Shown: in pieces, positions 1-13,339 of the stretch | How positions within the stretch are numbered: the stretch's first letter is position 1 | Layout: each line of letters opens with the position of its first letter | NCBI GenBank assembly: GCA_964016885.1 | Contig: OZ024765.1 | Location: forward strand, 14,694,001 to 14,758,000 | Direction: 5' to 3' | Length of the DNA: 64,000 nt | Source: Eledone cirrhosa | Lineage: Eukaryota | Notes under the pieces: generated by a model | What the model saw: only the letters and a program-made list of their open reading frames with translations | Told to the model about the DNA's origin: nothing | Database searches by the model: none | Translations under genes and position numbers: made by a program

Positions 1-128
1 TACAGTTTGTATATATTTGTCTGTATATAACCAATATACTATAGCCATTGTGAAAATTCTGGCTAATGTGTCATGCTCATTGTGTTTCTCTCACCAGCGT
101 GTATATGTGTATATACATGAGTTTACCG

Positions 129-163
<35 letters not shown>

Positions 164-911
164 GGTAAACTCATATATATGTGTGTGTAAGTATCTATTA
201 TGAATATAAATACATATATATATACATATATATATATATGTACATACATCTCTCTATATCTATATGAATATATATATATATATACACACTCTCCCTCTCT
301 CTCTCTCACACACACATACACATACACACACACACATATATATGTGTATAAATATATATATATACATATATATAAAGTCAAGTAATCAGAAAGAATGCTC
401 TTTTAAATACCTTTGTACGATGGATCACAAGGAAAGGTTTTTGTTAATGATTTCTATTTAAATATTTCGGTATCTTTGTTGTTTTAAATCACGTGATAAA
501 TAGATGTGTTGTTATATGTAAGTATACATGTAGCTATGTGTGTGTATCTGTGTGGATATATGTGTTTCTCTCTTTCTCTATCTATCTAACTTCATCTCTA
601 TATTTTTCTCTCTCTCTCTACACACACACCGCCAGCTCCATTCCACTCTCAAACGCTTCCTCCAACAAATGTCTACTATATGCATCCAATCAGACCCCCC
701 TCCCCCCTTCCCGCGGCCCGTTTCTTCAATCTAATGATATGACGATGAATCGAACTTCGGTACCATTCGTGCTCAGTATTCCACAACTGACCAGAGTTCA
801 TTCTCTCGTTGTCAACCCTCACACCAGAAGAACTTCATTCTTCCAGTGTGAGAAAAAGCAGAGATAGAAAAAGACACAGAAAACAAAAAACTATACTCAT
901 CAAATGTACCA

Positions 912-970
<59 letters not shown>

Positions 971-985
971 AGAAAATATAATAGC

Positions 986-1027
986 ATCGCTGATGATGTC
1001 ACAGGTGTGTGATGAAAGAACTTTGAT
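986..1027 (+). ncRNA. Type-I hammerhead ribozyme motif (single-copy family, between TA tracts)
   Basis: atcg|CTGATGA-T-GTCACA-ggtg-TGTGAT-GAAA-G-aa-C-T-T|tgat: core, 6-bp stem II, 2-bp stem III, 4-bp stem I; CUU triplet. Confidence 0.6.
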
Positions 1028-1040
1028 AGATTATATATAT

Positions 1041-1153
1041 AAGAGATGTCAACATGAATGGACCTATTATTTTTATCTAAATACATTTTTTCCAATTCCA
1101 TCCCGCCCGTCCCCTTAATCTATTTAATTTCTCATTCATTCTTCTGATGAAGG
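1041..1153 (+). mobile_element. HHR module family F6, copy truncated inside the HHR (ends CTGATGAAGG)
   Basis: Co-linear with 61809-61921 and with the reverse complement of about 5320-5390. Confidence 0.75.
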
Positions 1154-1159
1154 GCCATG

Positions 1160-1328
1160 GAATCAATATTTCCGTTGGTCTTTCCAGTTGCTAATATTAT
1201 CTATTGGTCGCAACTCCAGGTAGAAGGAGCAACATGAAATAAAGTGTCTTGCTCAAGGACATAACGCATTGCCCGGCCCAGAAATCGAACTCACACCCTC
1301 AAGATTGTGAATCCAATTCTCTAACCAC
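1160..1328 (-). mobile_element. tRNA-derived SINE family A (CORE-like box)
   Basis: Minus strand has GGTTAG A-box remnant, GAGTTCGATT B-box and GTCCTTGAGCAAGACACTT; homologous to 36675-36892 and 60930-61144. Confidence 0.8.
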
Positions 1329-1449
1329 ACACACACACACACATACATATATATATATACAATGCTTTAAGTAAACTAAAAATTCCTTCTATATATCTCC
1401 CTCTCTCTCTGTGTATATATATTGATATCTATATATACATATATATCAC

Positions 1450-1797
1450 CTTCAGCCCTCCCCGCACGGACACCCCGCCTGCCTCTCCCCACTCCACCCG
1501 CCACCACCCGTTCACGCCCCACACCCTTCCACCACCTGTTTTACTTCATGTTCATTTTTATTTTTATTATGCTTTTATATTTAATTTCATTTGCACCGTT
1601 TCCTCTCACCCCCTTTTTTCTATATGTCTCTCCACCACTCCCCTACACACCCTTGGAACTCTCTTCCCACACACCTTTTACCTGAAGAAGGGCTTATGCC
1701 CGAAACGTCGTTCCCCACCACCAGCCCACTCTCAAGAGCGTGAAACTAATAAACCTTTGTTCGTACTGCATCTCTGTTTTGTTCCCGTTCAATTTTT

Positions 1798-1800
<3 letters not shown>
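1450..1800 (+). mobile_element. HHR module family F5
   Basis: Homologous to 15418-15640 (-); contains HHR at 1682-1709; 3' end abuts (TA)n. Confidence 0.65.
1680..1711 (+). ncRNA. Minimal type-I hammerhead (F5)
   Basis: CTGAAGA-A-GGGC-ttat-GCCC-GAAA-CG-TC; loopless palindromic stem III (ACGT), GUC triplet; stem I only 2 bp. Confidence 0.75.
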
Positions 1801-1849
<49 letters not shown>

Positions 1850-1857
<8 letters not shown>

Positions 1858-2007
1858 TGAGATGAGCAGAACAAACAAACATTAAACAATCCTTTAAATA
1901 AATTAAAAAATGATTTAAATATCTACCTGTTCGTAATTTAAATAATTTTTTAATTTATTTAAAGGATTGTTTAATATGTGTTGGTTCTGCTCATTTCAAT
2001 TTTTATA
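1850..2007. repeat. Fold-back inverted repeat (~70-bp diverged arms) next to TA tract
   Basis: ataaaaattgagatgagcagaac...atttaaat / atttaaat...gttctgctcatttcaatttttat. Confidence 0.8.
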
Positions 2008-2116
2008 GTTCTGGTATCTCAAATTAGTACCATAGAACAACAATTATATTATAGACACCCTATATATCTCTATGGGTACTTAGTACTCACAGAGATATTT
2101 ACCTCATTTTTATATA

Positions 2117-2170
<54 letters not shown>

Positions 2171-2365
2171 TATATATATATTTATGAATATATGTATATA
2201 TATGAATATATGTATATATATATGAATATATGTATATATATGAATATATGTATATATATGAATATATATATATATATGAATATATATATATTTATGAATA
2301 TATATATATATGAATATATGTATATATATGAATATATGTATATATATGAATATATGTATATATAT

Positions 2366-3085
2366 TAGCGATGTTGCATGGTAGTGAGACCTGGGCGCTG
2401 AAGGTGGAAGACTTACGTAGATTAGAGAGAAACGAAGCCTGCATGCTCCGATGGATGTGTAACAGTAATATACGTGAACGACAAAGCATAAATGAATTGA
2501 GAGAGAGACTGAGCATAAGAGGAATCAAATGCTGCGTGCAGGAGAGGCGGTTACGCTGGTATGGACATGTGATGCGTATGAAGGATGACAGCTGCATAAA
2601 AAGGTGCAGAGCACTAGAAGTTGATGGAAACCGCGGAGTGGGGAGACCCAAGATGACTTGGGATGAGGTGATAAAAGCCGACCTTACCCAACTACACCTC
2701 TCAAAGTCAATGACACACGACCGTGACTTCTGGCGTCACGCAGTAATACAGGGTACCCGACCTCCCATGGGTACATGCTGAAGCATATAAACAATATGCC
2801 CCCCCCCCCCCCACCGCAAGGTGGCCGTGGAGGTGCCACGGCAAAAAAGCACCCAGCCCACACTGTAAAGTGGACGTGTAGGCGCCACGAAAAAGCACCC
2901 AGCACTCACTGTATATGAGGTTGGTGTTAGGAAGGGCATCCAGCTGTAGAAATCAAGCCAGATCAGTTCCTGTATGAGCAAGGCATGGTCAGCCGACCAG
3001 ACACTGCCCACAACAGGACAACCCGTCTAACCCATGCTAGCGTGGAAGAACGGACGTAAAACGGTGATGATGATGATGATGATGA
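2366..3085 (+). mobile_element. 5'-truncated RTE-clade LINE (C-terminal ORF 2371-2781, 3'UTR, (GAT)n tail)
   Basis: MLHGSETW...RRLRWYGHVMRM...RGVGRPKMTW...DRDFWR is a typical RTE post-RT region; flanked on both sides by the TATATGAA satellite. Confidence 0.9.
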
Positions 3086-3927
3086 TATGAATATATGTAT
3101 ATATGAATATATGTATATATGAATATATATATATGAATATATATATATATATGAATATATATATATATATGAATATATGTATATATATATGAATATATAT
3201 ATATATATATATATGAATATATGTATATATGAATATATATATATATGAATATATATATATATGAATATATATATATATGAATATATATATATATGAATAT
3301 ATATATATATGAATATATATATATATGAATATATGTATATATATATGAATATATGTATATATGAATATATATATATATATGAATATATATATATATATAT
3401 ACATATATATGAATATATATATATATGAATATATGTATATATATATGAATATATATATATATATATGAATATATATATATATACACAAACACACACACAT
3501 ATATAAATATACATATTTTACGCATATAATTATATATATATATATATATATAACACATCTATACACAGTCACACACACACTCAAACAAAACTCACAAACA
3601 ACGGCACTGCCTCAGTATGGCCCCAGCCAGTCGGTAGTAACACGTGCTACAATACAACAGAGTAAAGAAACACAATCTCCGCTCCATTCCACTCTACCTC
3701 ACCCAACCCCGTACCCCCACCAACAAATGTAAATGCACACGAAAAAAATACATCATCATCAACAACAACAACAAGAAAACAACTACAATAACAACAACGA
3801 CATCAATAAACGGTTCAATTATACCTGAGGTGTTGATTGATGCTACATAGTTTCAGCGACGTATGAGGAACGAAATTTGAAATGTGAACGGAAAACGGAA
3901 AAGAAAAAAAAAGAAAAAAATTCCTAC

Positions 3928-3987
3928 CAAATGGCGTACTCCACAAAATGGCGACATTCACAAAATGGCGACCTTCACAAAATGGCG
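3928..3987 (+). promoter_or_regulatory. Four tandem YY1-type motifs (CAAAATGGCG), 17-bp period
   Basis: CAAATGGCG at 3928; CAAAATGGCG at 3944, 3961, 3978. Confidence 0.5.
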
Positions 3988-4269
3988 AATTCTGAGGAAA
4001 TATAATCAAATCTACTAACCTAGAAAGAGAAGGAAAAATAGAAAGAAAAAAATAATGAAATTAGTTAAAATTGCAAGACAAGATGTAGTATTTGTTATTA
4101 TTTTAAAGACAAGATGCTTGTTATTATTTTAAAGACAAGATGTAGTATTTGTTATTATTTTAATATTTTGATTGTTTTATTATAGAGAAAATAGTGAGAT
4201 AGGAAGAAAATTGTACAGAAAATTGAACATGAAAAAAAAAAAAAATAAAAGACCGTACACTTAGAAACC

Positions 4270-4680
4270 CACTCACATATAGTCATATACAAACACATAT
4301 ACTGACTCAGTAACACACACACACTCACATATAGTCATATACAAACACATATATTGACTCAGTAACACACACACACTCACATATACTCATATACAAACAT
4401 ATACTGACTCAGTCTCACAGACACACTCACATACAAACAGATATACTGACTCAGTAACACACACACACTCATATATACTCATATACACACATATACTGAC
4501 TCAGTAACACACACACACTCACATATAGTCATATACAAACACATATACTGACTCAGTCTCACACACACACTCACATATAGTCATATACAAACACATATAC
4601 TGACTCAGTCTCACACACACACTCACATATAGTCATATACAAACACATATACTAACTCAGTCACACACACACTCACATAC
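4270..4680. repeat. Minisatellite (~50-bp unit, actcacatatagtcatatacaaacacatatactgactcagt...)
   Basis: About 8 tandem variant units, most containing TGACTCA. Confidence 0.9.
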
Positions 4681-5213
4681 AAACACACCTACACACACAC
4701 GCGTGCACACAATCACACACTCACATACACACACTAACACAGACACATAGTCACATACACACATTTATACGAACACACACAGTTACAGATGCATACTACC
4801 ATAGAAACACACATTCACTCACACACACAATCACACAGCCCCACATACACACACACACACACACTCACATACACACACTAACACAAACAGACACAGAGTC
4901 ACATACACACATTTATACGAACACAGTTACACATGCATACTCCCATACAAACACATTCACACACACACAATCACACAGCCCCACATAACCACTCACACAC
5001 ACTCAAACACACAGTCACACACACCAACACACTTACACAAACGCACACACTCACATACACACTCACACACAGTCACATACAAACACACCTACACACTCAC
5101 ACATACAAACACACAGTCACACACACACAAACAATCTTGAGACTTAAAAATTAGCAGGTTTTGGTGAGTCTGTACATATATACATATATATGTATGTGTG
5201 TGCGTGTGTGTGT

Positions 5214-5388
5214 AAAAGGTAAACAGAAATAACAACACAATCGGTACAGTATATGGAAGGTATATATTAGGTTAACGCTTGATATAGCAGGAAGATGGTC
5301 TTAACGTTTCGGACGCTAGTCCTTCATCAGAAGAAATAATGAGAAATAAGACAGATTAAGGGGACGGGCGGGATGGAATTGGAAAAAA

Positions 5389-5392
<4 letters not shown>
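5214..5392 (-). mobile_element. HHR module family F6; 3' end abuts (AC)n
   Basis: Homologous to 35131-35335 and 61809-62033. Confidence 0.8.
5299..5334 (-). ncRNA. Minimal type-I hammerhead (F6)
   Basis: Reverse complement: TCTT|CTGATGA-A-GGAC-tagc-GTCC-GAAA-CG-TT|AAGA; perfect stems I and II, palindromic stem III. Confidence 0.85.
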
Positions 5393-5424
<32 letters not shown>

Positions 5425-5444
5425 CATACATATATATCTAAAAG

Positions 5445-5727
5445 TCTAAAGTCTGTCTTAAGCCAGAAGGCTCATTTGGCCGGTGCTTATCCCGGTTTCA
5501 TCGCGTCAAGCGACTGAGAGTACAAAACTCCCCACAGGACAAGTCGCCAGTCCATCGCAGGGTTAAACTTCCAGATATTGCTGGTACTCATTTTCAGCTG
5601 AGTATACTGGAGCAACGTCAAATGAAGTGTTTTGCTCAAGAATACAAAACACAGCCCACCCAGGAATCGAGCCCACGACATCATGATCGTAAGTCCAACA
5701 CCCTTACCACTAGGACACGTGCCTCCA
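5445..5727 (-). mobile_element. tRNA-derived SINE family C
   Basis: Minus head GGAGGCACGTGTCCTAGTGGTAAGG...GGCTCGATTCC, then TTGAGCAAAACACTT and GCGATGGACTGGCG boxes. Confidence 0.75.
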
Positions 5728-5751
5728 CTATATATATATATATATATATAT

Positions 5752-5940
5752 AACGAAGGAAATGTGGTAAGGAACGAGGTGGACCATAACGCACCAAAGT
5801 ACTCAATACTTGAGGTAGTAGAGTGGGTAATAGGAACCAGTAAGACCCCGACAGCTGAGCTCAAGCCGTTTCGACGGCTAATTCTAACCAGAATTAGCCG
5901 TCGAAACGGCTTGAGCTCAGCTGTCGGGGTCTTACTGGTT

Positions 5941-5944
<4 letters not shown>
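5752..5944 (-). mobile_element. Family F1 module with perfect 55-bp fold-back (5831-5885 / 5890-5944); carries 3' half of an HHR
   Basis: Arms are exact reverse complements; sense strand GTC-GAAA-CGGC-ttgagctca-GCTG-TC; (TA)n on both sides. Confidence 0.85.
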
Positions 5945-5985
<41 letters not shown>

Positions 5986-6130
5986 TGTTGTTTTTGCCGA
6001 GAATAAGTGACATAATCACTACTTTAAAACTGATAGTGAATGGTCTTCTAAATGTTTTTAATTAAACATACAGAATATTGCCAAATATACTATACACACA
6101 CACATATATATATATTGCCAAATATACTAT

Positions 6131-6184
<54 letters not shown>

Positions 6185-6309
6185 GTGGGTGTGTTATATG
6201 TGTGTGTGAGAGGGGGAGAGAGAGAAGTAAACGCGGATCACAAAAGATTATGGAAACACACACGCTTTGACACACACCCATGCCGGCTGTTCCTCGCGGC
6301 ATGTGTTAA

Positions 6310-6354
<45 letters not shown>

Positions 6355-6874
6355 TATTCTCCAACAACAACAACAACAGCAATAACAACAACAACAACGA
6401 CAACACCACCAACAACACCAACACCACTACCAAAAACAACACCAACACCACTACCAAAAACAACACCAACACCAACAACAACAACACCGCCTCCAACAAC
6501 AACAACAACAAAAACAACACCAACACCACCAACAAAAACAACACCCACCCCACCAACAACAACACCACCACCAAAAACAACACCAACACCACAACCAACA
6601 ACAACAACACCACCTCCAACAACAACACCACCACCACCAACAAAAACAACACCCACCAACCACCAACAACAACACCACCACCACCACGAAGACGACCACC
6701 ACCAACAACAACAACCCCACCACCACAACCACGGCCACCACCAACATCCAACACCATATAAGGTAATTGAACTGCCAAAGATGGAAGAATCCTTAACTGT
6801 TGGTTTTTTGATTAAAGAGTTTAGCAGCGTGAAAAACATATTTTTAATGTCTAGAAAACATAGTGGATGTGTTG

Positions 6875-6911
<37 letters not shown>

Positions 6912-7025
6912 AGTGTCTGTACATATGTATGTATACATCTATGTATCTCTATATTTGTATGCGCGTCTGTTTGCACATGCATATATATATAAATACTCAC
7001 ACAAACACACACGCATATATATATA

Positions 7026-7078
<53 letters not shown>

Positions 7079-7466
7079 GTGTATGTGTGTGTAAATAAAA
7101 ATACATAACATATATGCATACATATCATATATATGCATGCATCTCATATATATGCATGTATCTCATATATATATATATATATATCTGTCTGTGTGTGTAT
7201 GTGTATACCATCCAACAATCTATTTTACTAAATGACCTGCAGCTACAAACATCCATAGTTTTTCACCTTAGTAGAAATAGAATATCGATTATTTTATTCA
7301 ATAAAAAAAATTATTGGCCAGTTCTCCTCTCGTCTTCACACAGTCGCCATTGTAGGCCGTGGTTTTAATGAAAAGACTGAAGTATATAAAACTGCATAAA
7401 GATCAACAACAAACAAACGTGAAATATCCCAAGAAGATTAGTTAGTATAATCCTCCGTACAATATA

Positions 7467-7733
7467 GGTAGCGAGTCGTTAGAACGTCAGATAGAATGGC
7501 AGAGTGGTTAGAACGTCTGATAGAATGGTAGAGTCGTTAGAACGTCAGATAGAATGGTAGAGTGGTTAGAACATCAGATTGAATGGTAGAGTGATTAGAA
7601 CGTCTGATAGAATGGTAGAGTCGTTAGAACGTCTAATATAATGGTAGAGTCGTTAGGACGTCAGATCGAATGGTAGAGACGTTCGAACGTCAGATAGAAT
7701 GGTAGAATGGTTACAACGTCTGATAGAATGGTA
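7467..7733 (+). repeat. 29-bp minisatellite (tagaatggtagagtcgttagaacgtcaga), ~9 units
   Basis: Direct reading; one inverted unit at 7753-7784 across a TA tract. Confidence 0.9.
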
Positions 7734-7831
7734 TATATATATATATATATGTATACCATTCTATCAGACGTTCTAACCACTCTATATATATATTTTGGTT
7801 ATGAGAATATTTTTCATTTATTAATATTTTG

Positions 7832-7874
<43 letters not shown>

Positions 7875-8000
7875 GGAGGTGAGTTTTATTGTTGTACAAT
7901 AAAGCAATGCAGATATCGGATAAGAAGCACTCTACAGTTTGTAGGACTGGAGTATACATAATATATAAGAACAAAAGATGGTTAAAAGAGTTCCATGCAC

Positions 8001-8068
8001 TTTATTATGCGGATTTCAAAAACAAATATCATCATGCAATAACATTTGTGTTTTCGTCAGATAAAATA
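8001..8068 (-). ncRNA. Type-I hammerhead (F3, mirror copy)
   Basis: Reverse complement: tattttat|CTGACGA-long stem II-GAAA-TCCGCA-TA|ataaa. Confidence 0.7.
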
Positions 8069-8277
8069 GGAAGACATGATATGAAGGTTAAAAAAACACT
8101 TGTGAATAGTGCAGTTTTAAATCAACATATGTTGATTTAAAGAGTTTAGCAGCGTGAAAAACATATGTTGATTTAAAGAGTTTAGCAGCGTGAAAAACAT
8201 ATGTTGTGATTCAACATATGTTGATTTAAAACTGCACTATTCACAAGTGTTTTTTTAACCTTCATATCATGTCTTCC

Positions 8278-8348
8278 TATTTTATCTGATGAAAACACAG
8301 ATGTTATTGCATGATGATATTTGGTTTTGAAATGCGCATAATAAAATA
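8278..8348 (+). ncRNA. Type-I hammerhead (F3)
   Basis: TATTTTAT|CTGATGA-AAAC-a-CAGATGTTATT...GATGATATTTG-GTTT-T-GAAA-TGCGCA-TA|ATAAAATA; 8-bp stem I, palindromic ATGCGCAT stem III. Confidence 0.85.
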
Positions 8349-8436
8349 CATTAAACTCTTTTAACCATCTTTTGATCTTATATATATATTATTCAAAATA
8401 TTAATAAATGTAAAATATTCTCATAACCAAAATATA

Positions 8437-8499
8437 TATTTTATTATACATATTTCAAAGGAACAATGGTGTTTAAGTACGTTTTCATCAGGTAAAATA
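8437..8499 (-). ncRNA. Degenerate type-I hammerhead (F4-related)
   Basis: Reverse complement: ttttac|CTGATGA-AAAC...CTTT-GAAA-TATGTA-TA|ataaaa; stem II weak. Confidence 0.55.
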
Positions 8500-9022
8500 A
8501 TATATATACATATATATATATATATAAAGTACTCGTCTAGTACTGGGGTCGATCCTTCCTCTATATCTCTTTCTCATTTCCTCTCTCTCCCCACCGCACC
8601 CGACACAACCTTACAACTAACACCATCACCACTAACACCACTACCACCACCACCACCACCACCACCACCATCAAGACCACCACCAACACCACCACCACCG
8701 ACACCCTCACCCCCACCACCTGGTCCTCACGTTCCACAACGAAAGCCACAAACCTGATCCCTGATTAGGAATATTACTAATTATTGTAAACTGTTAATTA
8801 TGGACTAATTGCATTACACATTACATCCAATTACTATTGCTTATTGCTTCTTGGCAACTGTGTGTGGTTGGAGGGGTGTGGGGGAATGTGGGGTAGATGT
8901 CGATGTGTGGAGGGTGAGAGGGATGGGATATGACGGTGAAGGAAGGGTGACGGTGGTGTGCTCAGAGAGGATGTATATATGGGTGTGGGCTGGGTCGGCA
9001 TTGAGGTAAAATCTGAGAAGGG

Positions 9023-9057
<35 letters not shown>

Positions 9058-9061
<4 letters not shown>

Positions 9062-11950
9062 AATTTCTCTGAGGTTGTTGAGGCTTTTACACCCCCCTGC
9101 CCTGTATACTAGCCCCGCATAATTCCAGCGTGCATCTAAGATAAGATAGGGTCCCAGTCGCCCACTAACACTAAAGAGCGGGACGTTCCAAGAAAGGTCT
9201 CTAGACGTCTGAAGAAATCTGGTCGTCCTGCCCCAGTTGAGGCGTAATCGGCTACTAGACTGAAAGCATTGCCTTCGCTGCCGGCCGCGTCGAGCACCAC
9301 CGACTTACCTTCTGGGTCCAGGAAGATGGCCCGTATGGCGAGATTCAAGCCTCTCCGTAAGAGCACAGCAACTCCACCCACGATCCTGGACGACTGAGAT
9401 GAGCCGCCGAAGTTCGGTGCGAAAGCTCGTGCTTCGGAAATTCTGGTCTCGCTGATGGCTGGCCACCACATCTATGTTTAGTGACCTGAGATCGTTAAGC
9501 AGGTGGCCCTGCTTCCAAGATGACCCCCAAGCCAAGCCACGGACATTTATACTGCCTATTCTAGGTAAGGCCATGTTGGGGGAGGAATGGAGTTAGTGAG
9601 AAAGGATCACCTACCCTGATCGTGTGGGAAACATTCAAACCGTCCCTTTGGCTGGTCATGAGTGTTTTAAGGATGATATCGGTGTATATTCTCTTGGTAA
9701 CCGACCCTCTATGTCTCCAACTCCGTTGGGGAATTTTTCTTTCAGATATTTATAATATTCTATTTTAATTTCAATAATGATTATATTTTTCGGGAGAGTT
9801 CTTGGTGTTGGTGGGGTGTAGTAATGTTTGTCTGTAATGTCTGTGCTGCTTTATAGGTTCTAAGAGTTCTTTATTTGCCATGTTTATGGCTGTGTAATGT
9901 TTTTTTAGGGGGGTTTGCTGCTGATGGGTATATTTCTCTCTTTGTGTTTGCGATGTTGATATTTGTGGTGGTGGTGGCGGTGTGGTGGTTATTGGTGGTG
10001 GCGTTGCTGCGAGTCGCCTTGCAGCCTTTACCCCTCTTTGTTTGCCTTCACTTTTGGAGGGTGAAGCTAAGGGGTTTTCTTTGGTTTTTTTTTTTTTTTT
10101 TTGTGGCAGACAGTTTGCCACTTCACTCCCGCCTCATACGCCATGTCGGAATCCGTGGCGCCAGGGAGGGGTTTGAGCTCCACTGCTGTTGGGGGTGGTA
10201 GTGCAGCCCGCTCCGACGATTTTGCCGCCGGTGTAGCTACAGCGAATATTGGCGTTGCCGCAACTGTTGCCGCTGTTTTAGTTGTGCGTGGCCTTGGTAT
10301 GGGTGCCACGGACGTTGCCCTCCTACTCACCATGGAAGGGTCTCTGCCTCTGTTGCCTGCCCTGCTCTTGGTAGCCGCAGATCAGGCGTCGGAAGGAGGG
10401 GGGGGCTCTTCTTGGCTGTCTTCTGCGGGCAGAAGGCCCTGAGGTGACACTTCTACCCACAGCGATAGCACTTTGGGCACCTTCCTTCCACGCTTTTAGG
10501 GAGTTGGAGTCCTTCCTCGATGTCTATGATATATGGGATGGCCTCGATGCACTCCTGGTCAGTTTGTATTAGCATTCGCATGCCTATATCTTACCAGTTC
10601 TCTCTTCCCATTCTCTGTATTTGCAGTAAGGTGGCTTTGTTGTCCTCGATTCCAGCCAGTATAGACACGGCCAGACAAGGTATGGGCACGTCAGACGGGA
10701 CCTGGGTTACTTTGATCCTCACAATTTTCTGCCCGCAGTAGGAGGGCACCAAGACTATCTGCTCACTCTTTAGGGTTTCCAAAGAGTGAGACTTCGCCTC
10801 TTAGGAGTGGCGAAAAGTACGTCTACTGTGACATACTTTTTGCCTCGGGTGATGTGGGTTTTGAGCGCCCAGACCCACCATAAGGCCTTTTGGATTTGAG
10901 CCTCCGTGGCTCTCTCCACCCGATGTCACATTTTTCTTACGGTGCGGTAAGTCACCGTGTGTAATTGCAGGTCCTTGAAGAAATCGGGTGGAGGTTTCAG
11001 AGAAACTCTATTGTCATTTCTTGTCACCATGACTCTTGCGACGGCCATCTCCTCCCCCGTGACTAGCACTGTTTCTATATTTCAGGCCACACCTGCGAAA
11101 AACTGGCCCCTTTTTCAGCGGCACCATTATTGCTGCCGCTACTGCCGCTACTGGTCTTGTTGTTGGCGCTGTTGTTGTTGTTGCTACTGCTACAAACGGT
11201 GTTGTTGGTGTTGTTGCTGTTATCACTGTTGTAGTTGGTTGTGTATTTGGTGCAACCGTTGTTGTTGTTTTCGGTGCAATTTGTATTGTTGCTGTTGGTG
11301 TTGTCGATGTTTATTTTCTTGTTAGTGATGTTAATATCGTTGTTGCATTTGTTGTCATTTTTTTTCTTTTGTCTGTATTTTGGTTGTCGCTGTTATTGTT
11401 GTAGTCGGTGTGGTAATTTTTTTAAAAATGAGTGTTCTCAGTGTTGTTGATTTTGTTCACGTTGTTTGTGGTGGTGTTTGTTGTATGAGTTTCTGTGACC
11501 CTCCTCTCAACTTTTACGCCGTTGTCACACGACAGCAGACATATTGCTGGGAGGCGTGGCTCAGCCATGATTTAAAAAATTTTTTTTTAAAATAAAATGT
11601 TCAAATATTTGGGCCAAAAGGCCCTAATATTATATTTTCCCCGTCACAGGGCAAAGTCCAAGGGTTTATATCCCTTACACAACAAGAAACATTTAACAAC
11701 AAATAATTATTGGTGTTTGTTGTATGAGTTTCTGTGACCCTCCTCTCAACTTTTACGCCGTTGTCACACGACAGCAGACATATTGCTGGGGGGCGTGGCT
11801 CAGCCATGATTTAAAGAACATTTTTTAAAAATAAAATGTTCAAATATTTGGGCCAAAAGGCCCTAATATTATACTTTCCCCGTCACAGGGCAAAGTCCAA
11901 GGGTTTATATCCCTTACATAACAAGAAACATTTCACAACAAATAATTATA
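9058..11950 (-). mobile_element. Decayed L1/Tx1-type LINE: 5' region, ORF1 remnants and APE endonuclease N-terminus, broken before RT
   Basis: ORF2 start 9574 MALPRIGSINVRGL; after a frameshift ..ISETRI...GGVAVLL...LVLVGDWD (APE motifs N-V-R-G, S/QET, GDF/W-N); ORF1-like fragments at about 10067-11226. Confidence 0.8.
11472..11949. repeat. Two tandem ~239-bp direct repeats at the 5' end of the L1/Tx1 element
   Basis: Units start tggtgtttgttgtatgag at 11472 and 11711; near-identical. Confidence 0.9.
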
Positions 11951-12137
11951 ACAGGTAAATAAAGCGACTTACTGGGAGCGATCAAAAAGACATCCGAACA
12001 GTCCAATAATAATAATAAAATAACAATATATATGTGTGTGTGTCTGGGTGTGTGTGTGTGTGCGTATATATATATACATATATATATATACGCACACACA
12101 CACACACAGTCACACATTTATTTACTATTATTATTTC

Positions 12138-12325
12138 TGTGGATTGGCACTATCGGTAGTAGGTCGGACGCCATGCTTTGACGCATAGAGTTACGGCCCT
12201 TGTTATTCTGAGTTCAAATCCTGCCGAGGTTAACTTTGCCTTTCATCCTTATGGGGTCGATAAAATAAAGTACCAGTAATGCACTGGGGTAATTGCTGGC
12301 CTTGTGCCAAAAGTAGAAACAATTA
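12138..12325 (+). mobile_element. SINE family B (GAGTTCAAATCC B-box; GCCTTTCATCCTTAYGGGGTCGATAAAATAAAGTACCAG body)
   Basis: More than ten homologous copies in the window. Confidence 0.85.
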
Positions 12326-12388
12326 TTTCTGGCAATATTATAACAATATGACCCTCCCCAAATATAACAATATATATATATATATATA

Positions 12389-12674
12389 TAGGAACGAGTA
12401 GGACCCCGACGGCTGAGCTCAAGCCGTTTCGACGGCTAATTCTGGACGTTCCTTACCGCATTTCCTTCGTTATATATATATATATATTATATATATGTTT
12501 GTGTGTGTGTATATATATATATGTCTACGTGTGCATACGTATATATATATATATATATGTGTATATATAAAGGAAGAAATGTGGTAAAGAACCAGGTGGA
12601 CCATAACGTACCAAAGTACTCAATACTTAGGGTAGTAGAGTGGGTAATAGGAACGAGTAGGACCCCTACTCGTT

Positions 12675-12707
<33 letters not shown>

Positions 12708-12968
12708 GTGTGTATATATATATATATGTGTGTGTGTATATATATTTATATGTGTGTATATATATATATATATATGTCTACGTGTGCATACGTACACACA
12801 TACACACACACACATATATAGATATATATATAACGAAGGAAATGTGGTAAGGAACCAGGTGGACCATAACGCACCAAAGTACTCAATACTTGAGGTAGTA
12901 GAGTGGGTAATAGGAACCAGTAAGACCCCGACAGCGGAGCTCAGCTGTCGGGGTCTTACTGGTTCCTA
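12389..12968 (-). mobile_element. Cluster of three F1 modules (12389-12472, 12569-12678, 12832-12968), each with an inverted segment
   Basis: Homology to 5752-5944; all separated by (TA)n. Confidence 0.85.
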
Positions 12969-13339
12969 TATATATATATAGAGAGAGAGAGAGGGAGAGA
13001 GAAAGAATGTGATGTAAATGGACAAACAGACAGATAGGATGTTCTCAATGTTGTGTTAGTCCTTTCATAATATCCCCATACAACACCACACTAACACCAC
13101 ACCGCCAATCCAACCAATCACCTACACCGCCATTAACTATTAACGGCATACACGCCCTCACATCACTAAACGCCACTGATATAATTACTCCCACCGCCAT
13201 TAAACCTTCTTCGTTGGCCGCAAACACCCACATACACCTCCACAGTTACCTACACAAACACCCCCCTCCCAACAACAACAACTGTGCCACCCACATGATT
13301 AGCTCCACCACCACCGCCGCCGCCGCCGCCGCCGGCAAT

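Larger units (their letters stand above)
7872..8382. mobile_element. Family F3 fold-back module with two mirror hammerheads
   Basis: Arms ~7965-8140 / ~8212-8382; long arm runs to 7872; centre holds a duplicated gagtttagcagcgtgaaaaacatatg segment also present at 6817-6841. Confidence 0.85.
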
